Origin: Candidatus Chlorobium antarcticum
GTDB lineage: Bacteria > Bacteroidota > Chlorobiia > Chlorobiales > Chlorobiaceae
DNA length: 64,000 bases
Reading direction: 5' to 3'
NCBI GenBank assembly: GCA_030765725.1
Contig: JAVCDF010000007.1
Span: 16,682 to 80,681 of the forward strand
The position numbers and the translations under genes are program-made. This document shows, in pieces, positions 41,393-52,356 of the stretch; the stretch's first letter is position 1, and every line of letters begins with the position of its first letter. A model generated the notes under the pieces. It was not told the origin of the DNA. It saw only the letters and a program-made list of their open reading frames with translations, and did not search any database.

Positions 41393-42280
41393 CTACTCTA
41401 TATTCTGGAGCTGCTCCCGTATTTTCTCAAGCTCTTCCTTTATATGGACGACCTTCTGGGAGATTTCAGCACTCTGTGATTTTGATGCAATGGTATTGGC
41501 TTCGCGAAGCTGCTCCTGCAGGAGGAAGTTCAGTTTTCTGCCTGTCCCGCTCTCCTCATTATGCATCTCCTCAAGAAAAAACTTGTTGTGGCTTGCAAAC
41601 CGAATCATCTCCTCGGTAATGTCAAGCCGCTCGGCTGCCATAACCAACTCCATTTCGAGCCGGTCTCTGCTGTAGGTAATGTCTTTACCGGCAACAGCCT
41701 CAACTTTGGTGGTCAGTTTTTTGCGTACAACTTCAAAATTGTCGCCAGCAAGTGAACGAATCAGTGCAAGCGTTTTCTCTATCTCGGCAAGGCGGGAGGC
41801 AAAATCCTGAAGAAGCTCCTTACCCTCACGGCGGCGCATCAGTTTAAGCTGTTCAACCGCTTCAAGGGCCACGGCTTTCACCTGGTCCCAAAGCTCCGAA
41901 GCATGTTCGAGCGCACTGGAACCACTATCGAAAACATCGGAAAAGCGAAGAAAATTGTCGAGGGTCAACGGGACCTCAATGCCTGCAGCATCGCGAAGCT
42001 GGTTGAGAAGATCACGGTAGGCCGCAGTCTTTTCCGCGTTGAGCGTAGTTGTAATCGGCTGCTCGTCATCAGCCTGTAGCTGTATATATGCAGATATTTT
42101 GCCGCGCTGGAACCGCGAACGAATCAGCTCACGGACCTCAAGTTCATAGGGAAGCAGCTGGCGGGGAAGCTTTACGCTTATTTCAGCAAACCGATTGTTC
42201 ACCGAGCGCAGCTCCACCAGAATTTTCACCCCCGAGGCCACCGACTCGGCACTGCCGTATCCGGTCATACTTTCCAACAT
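41393..42280 (-). CDS. yicC: YicC/YloC family endoribonuclease (stress-induced protein)
   Basis: MLESMTGYG...SVNNRF...C-terminal EISQKVVHIKEELEKIREQLQNIE. Confidence 0.88.
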   Translation of the reverse strand: MLESMTGYGSAESVASGVKILVELRSVNNRFAEISVKLPRQLLPYELEVRELIRSRFQRGKISAYIQLQADDEQPITTTLNAEKTAAYRDLLNQLRDAAGIEVPLTLDNFLRFSDVFDSGSSALEHASELWDQVKAVALEAVEQLKLMRRREGKELLQDFASRLAEIEKTLALIRSLAGDNFEVVRKKLTTKVEAVAGKDITYSRDRLEMELVMAAERLDITEEMIRFASHNKFFLEEMHNEESGTGRKLNFLLQEQLREANTIASKSQSAEISQKVVHIKEELEKIREQLQNIE

Positions 42281-42368
42281 AGTCCCACCCTGCTCGTTTC
42301 GTTAGTATTGCGACGGCCTGCAAGGCCACATAGCCCGGCAAGTTTCCGGCATCAGCCAAGAAACAGTC

Positions 42369-42638
42369 TTACTTGCGAAGTGCGAGATCGGCGATTACCT
42401 GGCGGTAACGGTCGATAGCAACATTCTGAAGATATTTTAGGGCTTTTTTACGCTTGCTCACAAGCATCAGCAGACCACGACGGGAATGCTTGTCTTTCGG
42501 ATGCTTCTGAAGGTGCCCGGTAAGATCGGAAATCCTGTTGCTGAACAGAGCTACCTGAACCTCGGTCTTACCGGTGTTCTTGTCGATACCGCCGAACTTT
42601 GTGATGATTTCCTCTTTAAACTCTTTTGTAAGGCTCAT
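42369..42638 (-). CDS. rpsO: 30S ribosomal protein S15
   Basis: ...TGKTEVQVALFSNRISDLTGHLQKHPKDKHSRRGLLMLVSKRKKALKYL. Confidence 0.93.
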   Translation of the reverse strand: MSLTKEFKEEIITKFGGIDKNTGKTEVQVALFSNRISDLTGHLQKHPKDKHSRRGLLMLVSKRKKALKYLQNVAIDRYRQVIADLALRK

Positions 42639-42689
42639 ATTCTCTCAGTGTTGTTTATGGTAAAACGGTTGACCTGCAATATAATATTC

Positions 42690-43622
42690 TTAGCTATACA
42701 ACTCTACCCCTTTTTTATCTTTTTCAAGCTGCTCCCGAAGAGCCTCAAGAGAGTCGAATTTCCTTTCCTCCCGAAGAAACTGCAAAAGGCTGAACTGAAG
42801 CTCCCTGCCGTACAGACTCCCCGACCAGCCAAGAATATGCACCTCAACCGTTGTCATTCCAAGGGCTGAAACCGTCGGGCGGACACCAATATTCATCATA
42901 GCCTTGTATGGATTGCCGTCAATAACTGTTGAAGCCGCATAAACTCCCGCCCTCGGCAAAAGCTTGTACGAATCCGGCGGAAGGATATTAGCCGTCGGAA
43001 AGCCGATTTCGCGTCCTTTCCCCTCGCCTACCACCACCCGGCCGCTGATCATATAGGGGGCGCCAAGAAAACCGTTTGCCTCCTCCATTCTCCCCTCGGC
43101 AAGCAGGGAGCGGATGCGCGTGCTGGAAAAATGCTCGTTCTCTATCTGGATCTCGTCCACCTCCACCACATCAAACCCCAATTCACCACCCAGCCGGCGG
43201 AGCTCATCGCCCCCTCCGCTCCGATTTCGCCCAAAGCCGTGGTCATAGCCTACCACAACGCACTCTGCACCAATCTCTTCCACAAGAACGGAACGAATGA
43301 AGTCGTCGGAACTCCTGGCAGCAAACTCCGGAGTAAACCGGGCAATACAGAGCAGGTCCACACACTCCGCCCCAAGCAGCTCCACCTTTTCATCAAGCGT
43401 TGTGAGCAACCCCAGCGGCTCGCTCACCCCGCCCTCCAGCACCCTTCGTGGGTGCGGCTCAAAAGTCACCACCACACTTCTTAGCCCGCGGCTCCGGGCA
43501 ATTGAAACCATGCGGGAAATGATTTTACGATGGCCACGATGCACACCATCAAACGAACCGACTGTTACCGCCGATGGCTCTCTGGGGAAAGGCGCCCCAC
43601 CATCATACTCAACAATGCGCAT
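42690..43622 (-). CDS. ribF: Bifunctional riboflavin kinase/FAD synthetase
   Basis: VTVGSFDGVHRGH, and the C-terminal kinase part GFPTANI...VEVHILG....LYG. Confidence 0.9.
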   Translation of the reverse strand: MRIVEYDGGAPFPREPSAVTVGSFDGVHRGHRKIISRMVSIARSRGLRSVVVTFEPHPRRVLEGGVSEPLGLLTTLDEKVELLGAECVDLLCIARFTPEFAARSSDDFIRSVLVEEIGAECVVVGYDHGFGRNRSGGGDELRRLGGELGFDVVEVDEIQIENEHFSSTRIRSLLAEGRMEEANGFLGAPYMISGRVVVGEGKGREIGFPTANILPPDSYKLLPRAGVYAASTVIDGNPYKAMMNIGVRPTVSALGMTTVEVHILGWSGSLYGRELQFSLLQFLREERKFDSLEALREQLEKDKKGVELYS

Positions 43623-43658
43623 ACTTCGTTTCCGCTCTGTTATAGGTAAGTTTATTGG

Positions 43659-44402
43659 TCAGTTGTTTTGATCAGTTAGTCGGTCGTCAGCTATCTGCAG
43701 CTGCCCGAGAACCCTCGCAACCGCATCTTCCACCTTCATCGCCGACTCCACCCGGTAGGGGCCAATGGCCACACGCCTGAGCCCCACAAGATAGCCCCCA
43801 ACGCCGAGCGCCTCGCCCAGCTCATCGGCCAGCACACGGATATACGCCCCTTTCGACACATGAATCCGGCAGTAAACAAGCGGCAACTCAACACGAAGAA
43901 CCTCAAAACCGTGAACCACAATTTCCTTGCTCTTTCGCTCCTCCACCACCACCCCCTTACGGGCAAGCTCATACAGGCGCTTCCCCTTATGCCATGTGGC
44001 CGAATGCATTGGAGCCTGCTGCATGCGCGTCCCCTCCATATCACGAGCAGCACTTTTCACAGCCGCCTCATCCAGATGGGAAACATCCGTTATGCCGTAC
44101 TCCTCCGACTCGCTGTCGTGGCTGAGGGTGCGGGCGCCAAGGCGGATGACTGAATCGTACACCTTGTCGAGCCCTTCAAGAGATGAGAGTTCGCGTGTTT
44201 TTTTTCCCGTGGCGAGAATAAGCAGACCCGTGGCTTTCGGGTCAAGCGTACCGGAGTGGCCCACCTTGCGTTTCAGCCCTCCCCGTTTGTAGGTGTTGCG
44301 GACCTTGGCCACCACATCAAACGATGTCCAGTCAAGCGGCTTGTCAAGCAGCAGAAATTCCCCATCCTCCGGAAGCTCATGCCCTTCATGCATCTCAACC
44401 AT
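43659..44402 (-). CDS. truB: tRNA pseudouridine(55) synthase
   Basis: KVGHSGTLDPKATGLLIL catalytic Asp motif. Confidence 0.92.
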   Translation of the reverse strand: MVEMHEGHELPEDGEFLLLDKPLDWTSFDVVAKVRNTYKRGGLKRKVGHSGTLDPKATGLLILATGKKTRELSSLEGLDKVYDSVIRLGARTLSHDSESEEYGITDVSHLDEAAVKSAARDMEGTRMQQAPMHSATWHKGKRLYELARKGVVVEERKSKEIVVHGFEVLRVELPLVYCRIHVSKGAYIRVLADELGEALGVGGYLVGLRRVAIGPYRVESAMKVEDAVARVLGQLQIADDRLTDQNN

Positions 44403-44426
44403 AGATTGTCCCCATGCCTGGCAAGG

Positions 44427-44786
44427 CTATTCGTTTTCTCCTGAACCCTTCCTTACGCCGCGCAGCAATTCCTCAATCCGGCTTGCCTTTTCATACAGCA
44501 TATCCTCACGGAACTCAAGCTCCGGAATACGGCGGAACTGGTGGCGGATTTTTGAGGAGAGAATCCTCCGGATGTTCTTTGTTTCATCCTTCAGAAACTC
44601 CATCGTCTCAGCCCGCTCTTCATCGCTCCCTATAATGGAAACAAAGGCACGGGCAAGACCCAAATCAGCAGTAATTTTAACCTCCACAACTGTCAGCAAA
44701 GGACCGCCGCGGGGATATTCCTTTTCAAGAATCGCCCCAAGCTCCTGCTGCAAAAGCGAAGCAACTTTGTCCGTTCGTCTCGACAT
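44427..44786 (-). CDS. rbfA: Ribosome-binding factor A
   Basis: RTDKVASLLQQELGAIL...VKITADLGLARAFVS... Confidence 0.9.
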   Translation of the reverse strand: MSRRTDKVASLLQQELGAILEKEYPRGGPLLTVVEVKITADLGLARAFVSIIGSDEERAETMEFLKDETKNIRRILSSKIRHQFRRIPELEFREDMLYEKASRIEELLRGVRKGSGENE

Positions 44787-44801
44787 AAACCAAGCTGGCG
44801 T

Positions 44802-47537
44802 TCAGAGTTTGCGTTTCGTTTCAACAATGCGGTAAGCCTCTACCACATCGCCAACTTTTATATCATCATAGTTCTTCAGTCCCACACCGCACTCATAGCC
44901 GGCATCAACCTCTTTCACATCGTCCTTGAAGCGCCTCAGCGTATCAAGCATACCATCGTAAATCTGCACACCGTCGCGAAGCAGGCGAACCTTTGCATCG
45001 CGCAGAATCTTGCCATCAAGCACATAGCAACCGCCAACATTGCCAATTTTAGGAACCCTAAACACCTGGCGGATTTCAAGCGACCCGAGGCTCTCCTCAT
45101 GGAGTTCAGGCGAAAGCATACCTTCAAGCGCCTTCTCAACATCCTCAAGCACATGGTAAATGACGCTGTAGAAGCGGACATCAAGATCCTCTTTCTCGGC
45201 AAGGCGCTTGGCATTCACATTCGGACGAACCCGGAACCCGATAATGATTGCGTCGGACGCAGCCGCAAGCAACACATCGGTTTCGGTAATCTGACCCACG
45301 CCCTGGTGAATAATCTGCACCTTGACCTCCTCATTCTGGATCTTCATCAGGCCATCAGCAAGCGCCTGAATTGAACCATCGGTATCGGCCTTAATAATGA
45401 CGCTGAGCTCCTTCATCAGCCCCTCCTTAATCTGGCGGGAAATGCTGTCGAGCTTCACGCGGGTACTGCGGCGGAACTCATGCTCACGGCGTATGACCTG
45501 ACGCTTCTGCGCAAGATCGCGAGCTTCACGATCGGAAGCCATTACCGTCAGAACATCGCCCGACTGCGGAAGATCCTCAAAACCAAGCACCGACACCGGC
45601 CGCGAAGGGCCTGCCGAGGGTATTCGCTTTCCCCTCTCGTCCATAATGGCGCGAACCTTTCCCATTGTGTTACCCGCAACAAACGGATCGCCAACCTTCA
45701 GGAAACCGCGCTGTACCAGAACCGTAGAAATAACGCCCTTGCCCTTATCGAGCTCCGACTCCACAATAACGCCGCTTGAAAGAACATCTTTTGAATAGTT
45801 GCCCTTCAGCTCGCGCATTTCGGCCTCGGTCAGCACCTTCTCCATCAGCTCAGGAATACCGGTACCCTTCTTCGCTGAAATCTCCTGGCACTGGCTCTCG
45901 CCGCCCCACTCCTCCACAAGCACACCGGCCTCAGAAAGCTGGGTCTTGATTTTCTCGGGATTGGCTTCAGGCTTGTCAATTTTATTGATTGCAACAACAA
46001 TCGGCACACCAGCCGCTTTGGCATGGTTGATTGCCTCAACTGTCTGCGGCATCACGCTGTCGTCGGCCGCCACCACAAGAATAACAATATCGGTAACCTG
46101 CGCACCGCGAGCACGCATGGCCGTAAAGGCTTCATGGCCCGGTGTGTCGAGAAAAGTGATCTTCCTGCCGTTCGAACCGGTGACTTCATACGCCGCAACA
46201 TGCTGCGTAATACCACCCGACTCACCCTCGGCCACATTACTGTTGCGCATGTAATCAAGCAGAGAGGTCTTTCCATGATCAACATGGCCCATAATTGTCA
46301 CCACAGGTGGACGGGTAGCCAGATCTTCCTCATTGTCAACCTCAGCAACCACTTCGGTAGCCTCAACCTCCGATACAAAATCGGCCTCATAGCCAAACTC
46401 CAGAGCAATCAGCTCAATGCTCTCTTTGTCAAGCCGCTGGTTGATGGTCACAAACTTTCCAAGAGCAAAACACTTCTGTATAATATCCCTGGCAGTAACG
46501 CTCATCAGCTCAGCAATTTCATGCGGTGAAGCGTACTCGGTCACACGCACAACCTGCTGCTGCGTTTCGCGGAACGCATCCGCCTCTTCCTGCTCCCGTT
46601 CCCGCTCCATCTTGCGCTGCTTACGGAACTTCGAACGCGAACCAGAACCGGTTCCGTCATCCATACCGCTGATAGTGCTACGGATATTTGCTGAAATCAC
46701 CTTCTCATCAACCTCAGGCTTCTTTTTCTTCTTCCCCTTTTTCTTCCCCATGCCAAGATCGCTGCCAAGAGCGGTCGTCCCGGGCTTCTTTTTAGGCTTA
46801 CCGTCATCACCAAGATCAACCGAGCCCGTCTTTTCGAACTCATCCTTCAGCACATCGGCCGACTCTTTGAAATTCTTCTTCTTTCCACGCCGTTTCCGAT
46901 CCGCCTCGCTCTCCATGTCGAGAGTGCCGAGCACGGTCAGTCCGCCGATATTCTTCGGAGCGTCAAAGGAAACAATCTGATCGTTTGCCTGCACTTCAAC
47001 AGGGGGTGCTTCCTCCGTCACAGGAGAAGGAACCACTTCAGGCTCAACCGCCGCTGCAGCTTCCACTGCCACAGGAGCCAGAGGCACCTCGGAGGGAACC
47101 GCCGCAACAGGAGCAACAGACGCATCCGGCGCAACAGGGGTAACAGAGGCAACGGGCGCATCCGGCGATGCCGGAACAGCAACAGGCAACTCAACAGGAT
47201 CGGGAGGCACAACATCAACCTTCGCAGGAGCCGGCGTTGGATGAAGAGTATCGCGAAGCTGATCCTCCTTCTCAACAGTCTTGCGCGACTGCTCCTCAAG
47301 ACGGGTCAGCCGCTGCTTTTTTTCCGCCCTGATCTTGCGGGTCTCGTCCACCATCTTCTTTTCATCGCTGAACTGACCTAAAATCAGGCCATGCATTTCC
47401 GTGTCCACCATGGAGGATGTAGAGGCAACCCTGGCCCCTTCCTGCTTTACAAACCGCAAAACCTCCTGCGGGCTGACCTGCAGCTCTCTTGCTATATCAC
47501 TGATCCTGTACTTCTTGTCCATGTCCTCAAGGGCCAT
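44802..47537 (-). CDS. infB: Translation initiation factor IF-2
   Basis: GTPase core VVTIMGHVDHGKTSLLD, DTPGHEAF, NKID, and a long low-complexity P/V/A- and K-rich N-terminal region. Confidence 0.95.
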   Translation of the reverse strand: MALEDMDKKYRISDIARELQVSPQEVLRFVKQEGARVASTSSMVDTEMHGLILGQFSDEKKMVDETRKIRAEKKQRLTRLEEQSRKTVEKEDQLRDTLHPTPAPAKVDVVPPDPVELPVAVPASPDAPVASVTPVAPDASVAPVAAVPSEVPLAPVAVEAAAAVEPEVVPSPVTEEAPPVEVQANDQIVSFDAPKNIGGLTVLGTLDMESEADRKRRGKKKNFKESADVLKDEFEKTGSVDLGDDGKPKKKPGTTALGSDLGMGKKKGKKKKKPEVDEKVISANIRSTISGMDDGTGSGSRSKFRKQRKMEREREQEEADAFRETQQQVVRVTEYASPHEIAELMSVTARDIIQKCFALGKFVTINQRLDKESIELIALEFGYEADFVSEVEATEVVAEVDNEEDLATRPPVVTIMGHVDHGKTSLLDYMRNSNVAEGESGGITQHVAAYEVTGSNGRKITFLDTPGHEAFTAMRARGAQVTDIVILVVAADDSVMPQTVEAINHAKAAGVPIVVAINKIDKPEANPEKIKTQLSEAGVLVEEWGGESQCQEISAKKGTGIPELMEKVLTEAEMRELKGNYSKDVLSSGVIVESELDKGKGVISTVLVQRGFLKVGDPFVAGNTMGKVRAIMDERGKRIPSAGPSRPVSVLGFEDLPQSGDVLTVMASDREARDLAQKRQVIRREHEFRRSTRVKLDSISRQIKEGLMKELSVIIKADTDGSIQALADGLMKIQNEEVKVQIIHQGVGQITETDVLLAAASDAIIIGFRVRPNVNAKRLAEKEDLDVRFYSVIYHVLEDVEKALEGMLSPELHEESLGSLEIRQVFRVPKIGNVGGCYVLDGKILRDAKVRLLRDGVQIYDGMLDTLRRFKDDVKEVDAGYECGVGLKNYDDIKVGDVVEAYRIVETKRKL

Positions 47538-47606
47538 TACATCCTCCTCTGGATTAAAAAACTCTTTACTCGTTCTTCTCCTTCACCGCAGGAACCTTGC
47601 GACAGC

Positions 47607-49271
47607 TCATGCTTCCGTTTCAGGCTCATCCGGCTCCAGAGCGGCTGGCGTTTCCTCAGTAGCCTCAGTTGCCTCCGCAGTATCAACCTCGGGAACCACT
47701 GTCTCCGTGGTCTCCGGTGCCTCCAAAGCTTCGCCTTCCTCCGGCTCAAGCTCAACCTCCGGCGCTACATACTCCTCATACAGATCTTCAAGATCCTCAT
47801 CAGAGAACTGCTCGCGAACCGTCTTGTACATGCTGTCGGCAATCTTGTGCCAGTAACGCCGTTCCTCATCAGTAATCTTGCGTTCTCTCGGGCGAACCGG
47901 CGGACGGATGCCCTTACCGAACACCTTCACTTCCTCCTGACGCTGAGGCCCGAGCAGAGCCAGCTCAATCTCATCAACACCAGCCTTCAGAACCCGCTTG
48001 GCAGTATCAAGCCCCGCATCAAGCAGCTGGTAGATCATGTCATCACCAAACTCCTCACGGAACTCGATGATGTCAATATCCGTCGGATCCTCCATCGACG
48101 TGTCAATCACATCACGGTATACCTCAATCTCGTACCCGGTAAGCTTCTCTGCCAAGTGGATGTTGTTGCCGTTCTTGCCGATTGCATACTTAATCTGATC
48201 AGGCTTCAGCATTACACGCGCCTTGCGGGTCTTCATATCCGCATGCACCGTCAGCGGATCAATTTTAGCCGGCTGAAGCGCACGAGAAATATAAATCTGC
48301 GGCTCGTCATTATAATTGATAACATCAATATTCTCGTTGTTCAGCTCCTTCACAATGCTCTGAATGCGCTTGCCACGGTAGCCCACAGTAGCGCCCACAG
48401 GGTCAATACGCGCACTCGTCGACTCAACGGAAACCTTCGCCCGCTCGCCCGGAACCCGTGCAATGCCCTTGATCACAATCAGCCCATCAAGAATTTCAGG
48501 AACCTCCTGCTCAAAAAGCTTGTAGAGGAATCGGTCATCAATGCGCGACACAATCACCTTCATGCCGCCATCCGGCTTCTCCTTCTCCTCTATCGTTCCA
48601 TCCTCAAGACGAATCTTCACTCGCTCGCGCTCAATGTTCTTCACATACAACTTCATGCGCGGCGTACGGCGCGGATTATCCTTTTTCATCATCTCCGACT
48701 TCGGCAGCACCAATTCAACGCAGTGGTCCTTCGTCGTGTTATAAGTAAAAATCACCTCATTCGAACGCACCTGATACACCTCGGCGGCAACAACCTCGCC
48801 CACCTTCTCCAGACACTCTTCATACACAACCATGCGCTCAAGGTCGCGAACCTTCTTCTGCACCGACTGCTTGATAATTTGTATTGACTTTCTGGTCAGA
48901 TATTCGTCAAGCTTTATTGGACCCTCTTCGTAATAATCACCAATTTCAAGCGACTCATCAATCTTGCGGATCTCCTCAAGGCTGATTTCAATAGGAGCAA
49001 TGTCAACCTCCTCCACAATCTTCTTCAGAAGGTAAACCTCAAAATCGCCGCGTTCAGGGTTGATGAAAATGTTGGCTTCAACCTCCGGATCATAATCCTT
49101 GCGGAGCTGCTTCTGGATGATATCCTTCAGAAGATCGGCAATGTCCATTTTCACCGCAGCGCTCTCAACGCGCTTGTCGAGGAAAATCTTCGACTGCTCA
49201 ATTTCACCGAACGCGCTCGCTATCTGCGCCTTCCGGTCTACCCCATCCTCTTTTACCTTCTTTTTGGCCAT
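47607..49271 (-). CDS. nusA: Transcription termination/antitermination factor NusA (with an acidic C-terminal tail)
   Basis: S1 and KH domains (VSRIDDRFL, GIARVPGERAKV, VGATVGYRGKRIQSIVKEL) and an E/T/A-rich tail. Confidence 0.93.
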   Translation of the reverse strand: MAKKKVKEDGVDRKAQIASAFGEIEQSKIFLDKRVESAAVKMDIADLLKDIIQKQLRKDYDPEVEANIFINPERGDFEVYLLKKIVEEVDIAPIEISLEEIRKIDESLEIGDYYEEGPIKLDEYLTRKSIQIIKQSVQKKVRDLERMVVYEECLEKVGEVVAAEVYQVRSNEVIFTYNTTKDHCVELVLPKSEMMKKDNPRRTPRMKLYVKNIERERVKIRLEDGTIEEKEKPDGGMKVIVSRIDDRFLYKLFEQEVPEILDGLIVIKGIARVPGERAKVSVESTSARIDPVGATVGYRGKRIQSIVKELNNENIDVINYNDEPQIYISRALQPAKIDPLTVHADMKTRKARVMLKPDQIKYAIGKNGNNIHLAEKLTGYEIEVYRDVIDTSMEDPTDIDIIEFREEFGDDMIYQLLDAGLDTAKRVLKAGVDEIELALLGPQRQEEVKVFGKGIRPPVRPRERKITDEERRYWHKIADSMYKTVREQFSDEDLEDLYEEYVAPEVELEPEEGEALEAPETTETVVPEVDTAEATEATEETPAALEPDEPETEA

Positions 49272-49309
49272 CTCATTCTATGATTGTGCATTGAAAAAAA
49301 AAGACAAAC

Positions 49310-49828
49310 CTATATTTCAGCCTCAGGAACCGCGCGAAGAACAGCAGCGAGCTCCAGTGTTATATTTTCCGGCTCTTCCTGCTTCCCCTTCTTCTTTTCC
49401 ATACGAGGCTTCAAAGTAATGGAACCTCCACCCTCAGCCAGTGAAACCTCCTGCAGGTGGCCGGTGAGCTCATGCTCAATTCCTTCCGGGTCGCGGTACG
49501 CAACCCGAAGCAGCCGGCCCACATGCCGCCCGTATTGCCGCTCAAGAACAATCGGTTCACCAAGCCCCGGAGAGCCCACTACCAAATCAAAATTATCACC
49601 AAGGATTCCAATCATCTCCTCATCCTCCTCAAGCCGCTCACGCAGCCGCCGAGAGAGGAATGCGCACTGGTCAATGCGAACACCAGAATCAGCATCCACA
49701 ACCACATCAATCTTCCGATGCACAGCCGAACCCTTCACCGTCATACCAATAAAGTACACGCCCTCCGCCTTCGTACCAGCAGTGGCCGACAAAACCTCAT
49801 ACACACATCTCAACAACTCTTCCTGCAT
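49310..49828 (-). CDS. rimP: Ribosome maturation factor RimP
   Basis: Its position heads the nusA-infB block, and it carries ...VVGSPGLGEPIVLERQY..HVGR. Confidence 0.85.
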   Translation of the reverse strand: MQEELLRCVYEVLSATAGTKAEGVYFIGMTVKGSAVHRKIDVVVDADSGVRIDQCAFLSRRLRERLEEDEEMIGILGDNFDLVVGSPGLGEPIVLERQYGRHVGRLLRVAYRDPEGIEHELTGHLQEVSLAEGGGSITLKPRMEKKKGKQEEPENITLELAAVLRAVPEAEI

Positions 49829-49967
49829 AGCTCTATAGCCCTCTCAACCCATTTTAAGGAAACAAAAAAAGCGGGGGGACCCCACTTTCAGAGAAAAAAT
49901 ATCTCTCGACCCCATCCCTACTTTCCTTCAAATACTGTGTGCCAATGTAACAAAAAAACACCAACCA

Positions 49968-50186
49968 TCAAACACTCTTCGAACCCGGCTCATCCTTATC
50001 AGCAAGCCGGCTGTCAAGCACCTCAAAATCCGCCTCCTCAACCCCATCCGGCCGCTTCTTGCCCCCAAGAGGCGAACGCCCCTCCGAAGCCCCTTGGAGA
50101 AAAGAGACAAACACTCCGCGCAGCAGCCGCATCAAAAGACGCCCCGCCAACCACAGCACAACCAGAAACAGAAAAACTTTAACCAT
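49968..50186 (-). CDS. Hypothetical small membrane protein (N-terminal TM helix, acidic C-terminal tail; DUF4834-like by eye)
   Basis: MVKVFLFLVVLWLAGRLLMRLL...GVEEADFEVLD. It lies upstream of rimP on the same strand. Confidence 0.5.
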   Translation of the reverse strand: MVKVFLFLVVLWLAGRLLMRLLRGVFVSFLQGASEGRSPLGGKKRPDGVEEADFEVLDSRLADKDEPGSKSV

Positions 50187-50196
50187 ACCGTTACAA

Positions 50197-50232
50197 TAAA
50201 AAAAAGTTGGGTACGCTCATGACTGAGCGTAC
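50197..50232 (-). terminator. Rho-independent terminator downstream of the hisS and glutaredoxin-like genes
   Basis: On the minus strand: GTACGCTCA, loop GTCA, TGAGCGTAC (50211-50232), followed by CCAAC and T8. Confidence 0.7.
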
Positions 50233-50306
50233 TTATTTACCCCCAAAAGACAGAAACAGCCATCCTTATTCTTCTTAAAAGGATGAATCAAGCAAATAGT
50301 TTCCGC

Positions 50307-50567
50307 TCAGAAAGGACAATTGGCAGAAAGCAGCTTCAGCAACCGCGCCTCATCAACACGGTGCTTGAATGCCACACGGCCCTCAATATGAATAACGGGA
50401 ATGCTGAGGCGGTATCGCTCCGAAAGAACCGGATCATAAGTGATATCAACCTTTTTAATCGTAAACGGCACCCGTTTCTGCACACGAAGAAGCACCTCCA
50501 TCGCCTCGTCACAGAGGCAACACTCCGGTTTGCCATATATGATCACCGTCAGCTTGGGATTGCTCAT
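50307..50567 (-). CDS. Glutaredoxin-like protein (thioredoxin fold, DUF836-type)
   Basis: [21 protein letters not shown]... CxxC motif. It overlaps the hisS stop by 4 nt. Confidence 0.78.
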   Translation of the reverse strand: MSNPKLTVIIYGKPECCLCDEAMEVLLRVQKRVPFTIKKVDITYDPVLSERYRLSIPVIHIEGRVAFKHRVDEARLLKLLSANCPF

Positions 50568-51856
50568 CCCTTGAGGCTCTCCTGTATGGAAGGTTCACGG
50601 AGTCTTTCAATAACAGCCTCAAGCCCAAGCGTTTCCTGCTCGGAACTCACAAGGTTCTTCAGCCCGTACTGCCCCGACTCAAACTCCGTCTGGCCGATAA
50701 AGAGCGCATAAGCTGAACCTAGGCGGTTCGCCTCACGCATCTGCGCCTTCATGCTCCGTCCCGCAAGGTCAAGCTCGGTACTGATGCCCGCCCGGCGCAG
50801 CTGGAACGCAACCTGCATGCCATGGCCTGAAAGCTCCTGCTGCTGCACAACCACAAACACCTTCGGCCCCTCAGGCTTCAGCCCTTCCAAGAGCCCCTGC
50901 TTCTCCATGGCAATAAGTAGCCGCTCCATACCAACAGCAAAACCAACAGCCGGCATATCCTTACCACCGCCAAGCTCACGAGCCAGGCCGTCATAGCGCC
51001 CTCCACCACCAATTGCATCCTGCGCACCAAGCTCCGAGCTGGTCACCTCAAAGGCCGTGTGGCAATAATAATCAAGCCCGCGCACCAGCAGGTGGTCAAC
51101 CTCATACGCAATACCGCGATCCCTCAGCAGCGAAAGCACCTCTTCAAACTCCTCCACCGCCTCCGGCTTCAGGTGATCGAACAGCTTCGGCGCCCCAAAA
51201 ATCATATCCTTCAAGGCGGGGTTCTTTGAATCAAGAATACGGAGCGGATTCTTCTCAAGCCGCTCTTTTGACGACTCGTCAAGCTCGTCCGCATAGGGAA
51301 GAAAATAGGTCCGAAGCGCCTCACGGTACCGCGCACGGTCCTCAAGGTCGCCCAGCGTGTTGATGCGCAAACGAAGCCCCTTGAGCCCCAGCGTTTCAAA
51401 CACCCCCATCATGAACGAAAGCACCTCAGCAACCGCCGCAGGGGACGACACCCCCAACAACTCCGCACCGAACTGCGTAAACTGCCGCTGCCGCCCCGCC
51501 TGAGGCCGCTCCTTACGGAACAGATCACTGATATAGAATAATTTATGAACAGGAGCCTGAGAAAGAAGGTTCCTCTGCAGAGCCGCACGCATAACCCCAG
51601 CAGTCATCTCCGGCCGAAGCGTCAACGAACGCCCCTGCGGGTCAGGCAGGAACGAGAACATCTCCTTACCCACAATATCTGTTGTGGCACCAATGCCCCT
51701 CTGAAACAGCTCAGTATACTCAAACGCCGGCGTACGCACCTCATTGAACCCGTAGAGACCAGCAAGCCAGCGCACCACACCCTCAACGAACTGCCACTGC
51801 ACTGCCTCGTCAGGAAAAATATCCTTTGTTCCCTTTACCGCCTGATACTGCGACAT
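50564..51856 (-). CDS. hisS: Histidine--tRNA ligase
   Basis: [35 protein letters not shown]. Confidence 0.94.
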   Translation of the reverse strand: MSQYQAVKGTKDIFPDEAVQWQFVEGVVRWLAGLYGFNEVRTPAFEYTELFQRGIGATTDIVGKEMFSFLPDPQGRSLTLRPEMTAGVMRAALQRNLLSQAPVHKLFYISDLFRKERPQAGRQRQFTQFGAELLGVSSPAAVAEVLSFMMGVFETLGLKGLRLRINTLGDLEDRARYREALRTYFLPYADELDESSKERLEKNPLRILDSKNPALKDMIFGAPKLFDHLKPEAVEEFEEVLSLLRDRGIAYEVDHLLVRGLDYYCHTAFEVTSSELGAQDAIGGGGRYDGLARELGGGKDMPAVGFAVGMERLLIAMEKQGLLEGLKPEGPKVFVVVQQQELSGHGMQVAFQLRRAGISTELDLAGRSMKAQMREANRLGSAYALFIGQTEFESGQYGLKNLVSSEQETLGLEAVIERLREPSIQESLKG

Positions 51857-51885
51857 ACGCTACCGCCCCTCTCTTGCAATCCGGT

Positions 51886-52356
51886 TCATATCTGCGGCAA
51901 CTCCTTCTCCTCCAGCTTGAACAGCGCAAGCACCTCAGAGGGCTTGGCAGCCGCAAACAGCCGCTCCCGAACATCCTCCCGACCGGCAAGGCGCGTAATG
52001 CGGCCAAGCAGCTTCAGGTGCTCGGCAAGCATGTTAGCAGGGGTGGCCAGCAGAAAAATGATCTTCACCGGATCATTGTCTATAGAATCAAAATTTATAT
52101 CGTCCTTCAAAGTCGCAATAGCAAGCACCGGATGGGAAACCGCATCAGTCTTTGCATGCGGCAGAGCAATCTTTTTACCAATGCCCGTCGACATCTCACC
52201 CTCACGGCGCAGCACATCAGTCCGCAGCCGATCAATATCCTTCACTCCCGAATGGCCCGAAATAATGGAAAGCATGCGCTCTATCACCTGCTCCTTGGTT
52301 TCAAGTTCAAGGTTCAGCGCAATGTATTTTTCAGAAAGGATGCTCTCGATTTTCAT
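51886..52356 (-). CDS. ptsN: PTS EIIA-type-2 domain protein (PtsN-like regulatory IIA)
   Basis: ...REGEMSTGIGKKIALPHAKTDAV... with a conserved His region. ATG 52356 (MKIESIL) is preferred, but the track ORF extends to 52449. Confidence 0.78.
   Translation of the reverse strand: MKIESILSEKYIALNLELETKEQVIERMLSIISGHSGVKDIDRLRTDVLRREGEMSTGIGKKIALPHAKTDAVSHPVLAIATLKDDINFDSIDNDPVKIIFLLATPANMLAEHLKLLGRITRLAGREDVRERLFAAAKPSEVLALFKLEEKELPQI

Noticed and set aside
46980-47300. Imperfect P/V/A-rich repeats in the IF-2 N-terminal region, and the acidic E/T/A tail of NusA (47607..47780).
   Set aside because: These are low-complexity linker regions common in these proteins. They are degenerate at the DNA level and show no sign of a distinct element.
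47391-48887. 498-aa ORF on the plus strand, antisense to nusA.
   Set aside because: It lies entirely inside the well-supported nusA CDS. Its translation is low-complexity (L/R/H/N-rich) with no recognisable motif. Long antisense ORFs are expected from this genome's codon bias, which rarely produces reverse-complement stop codons.
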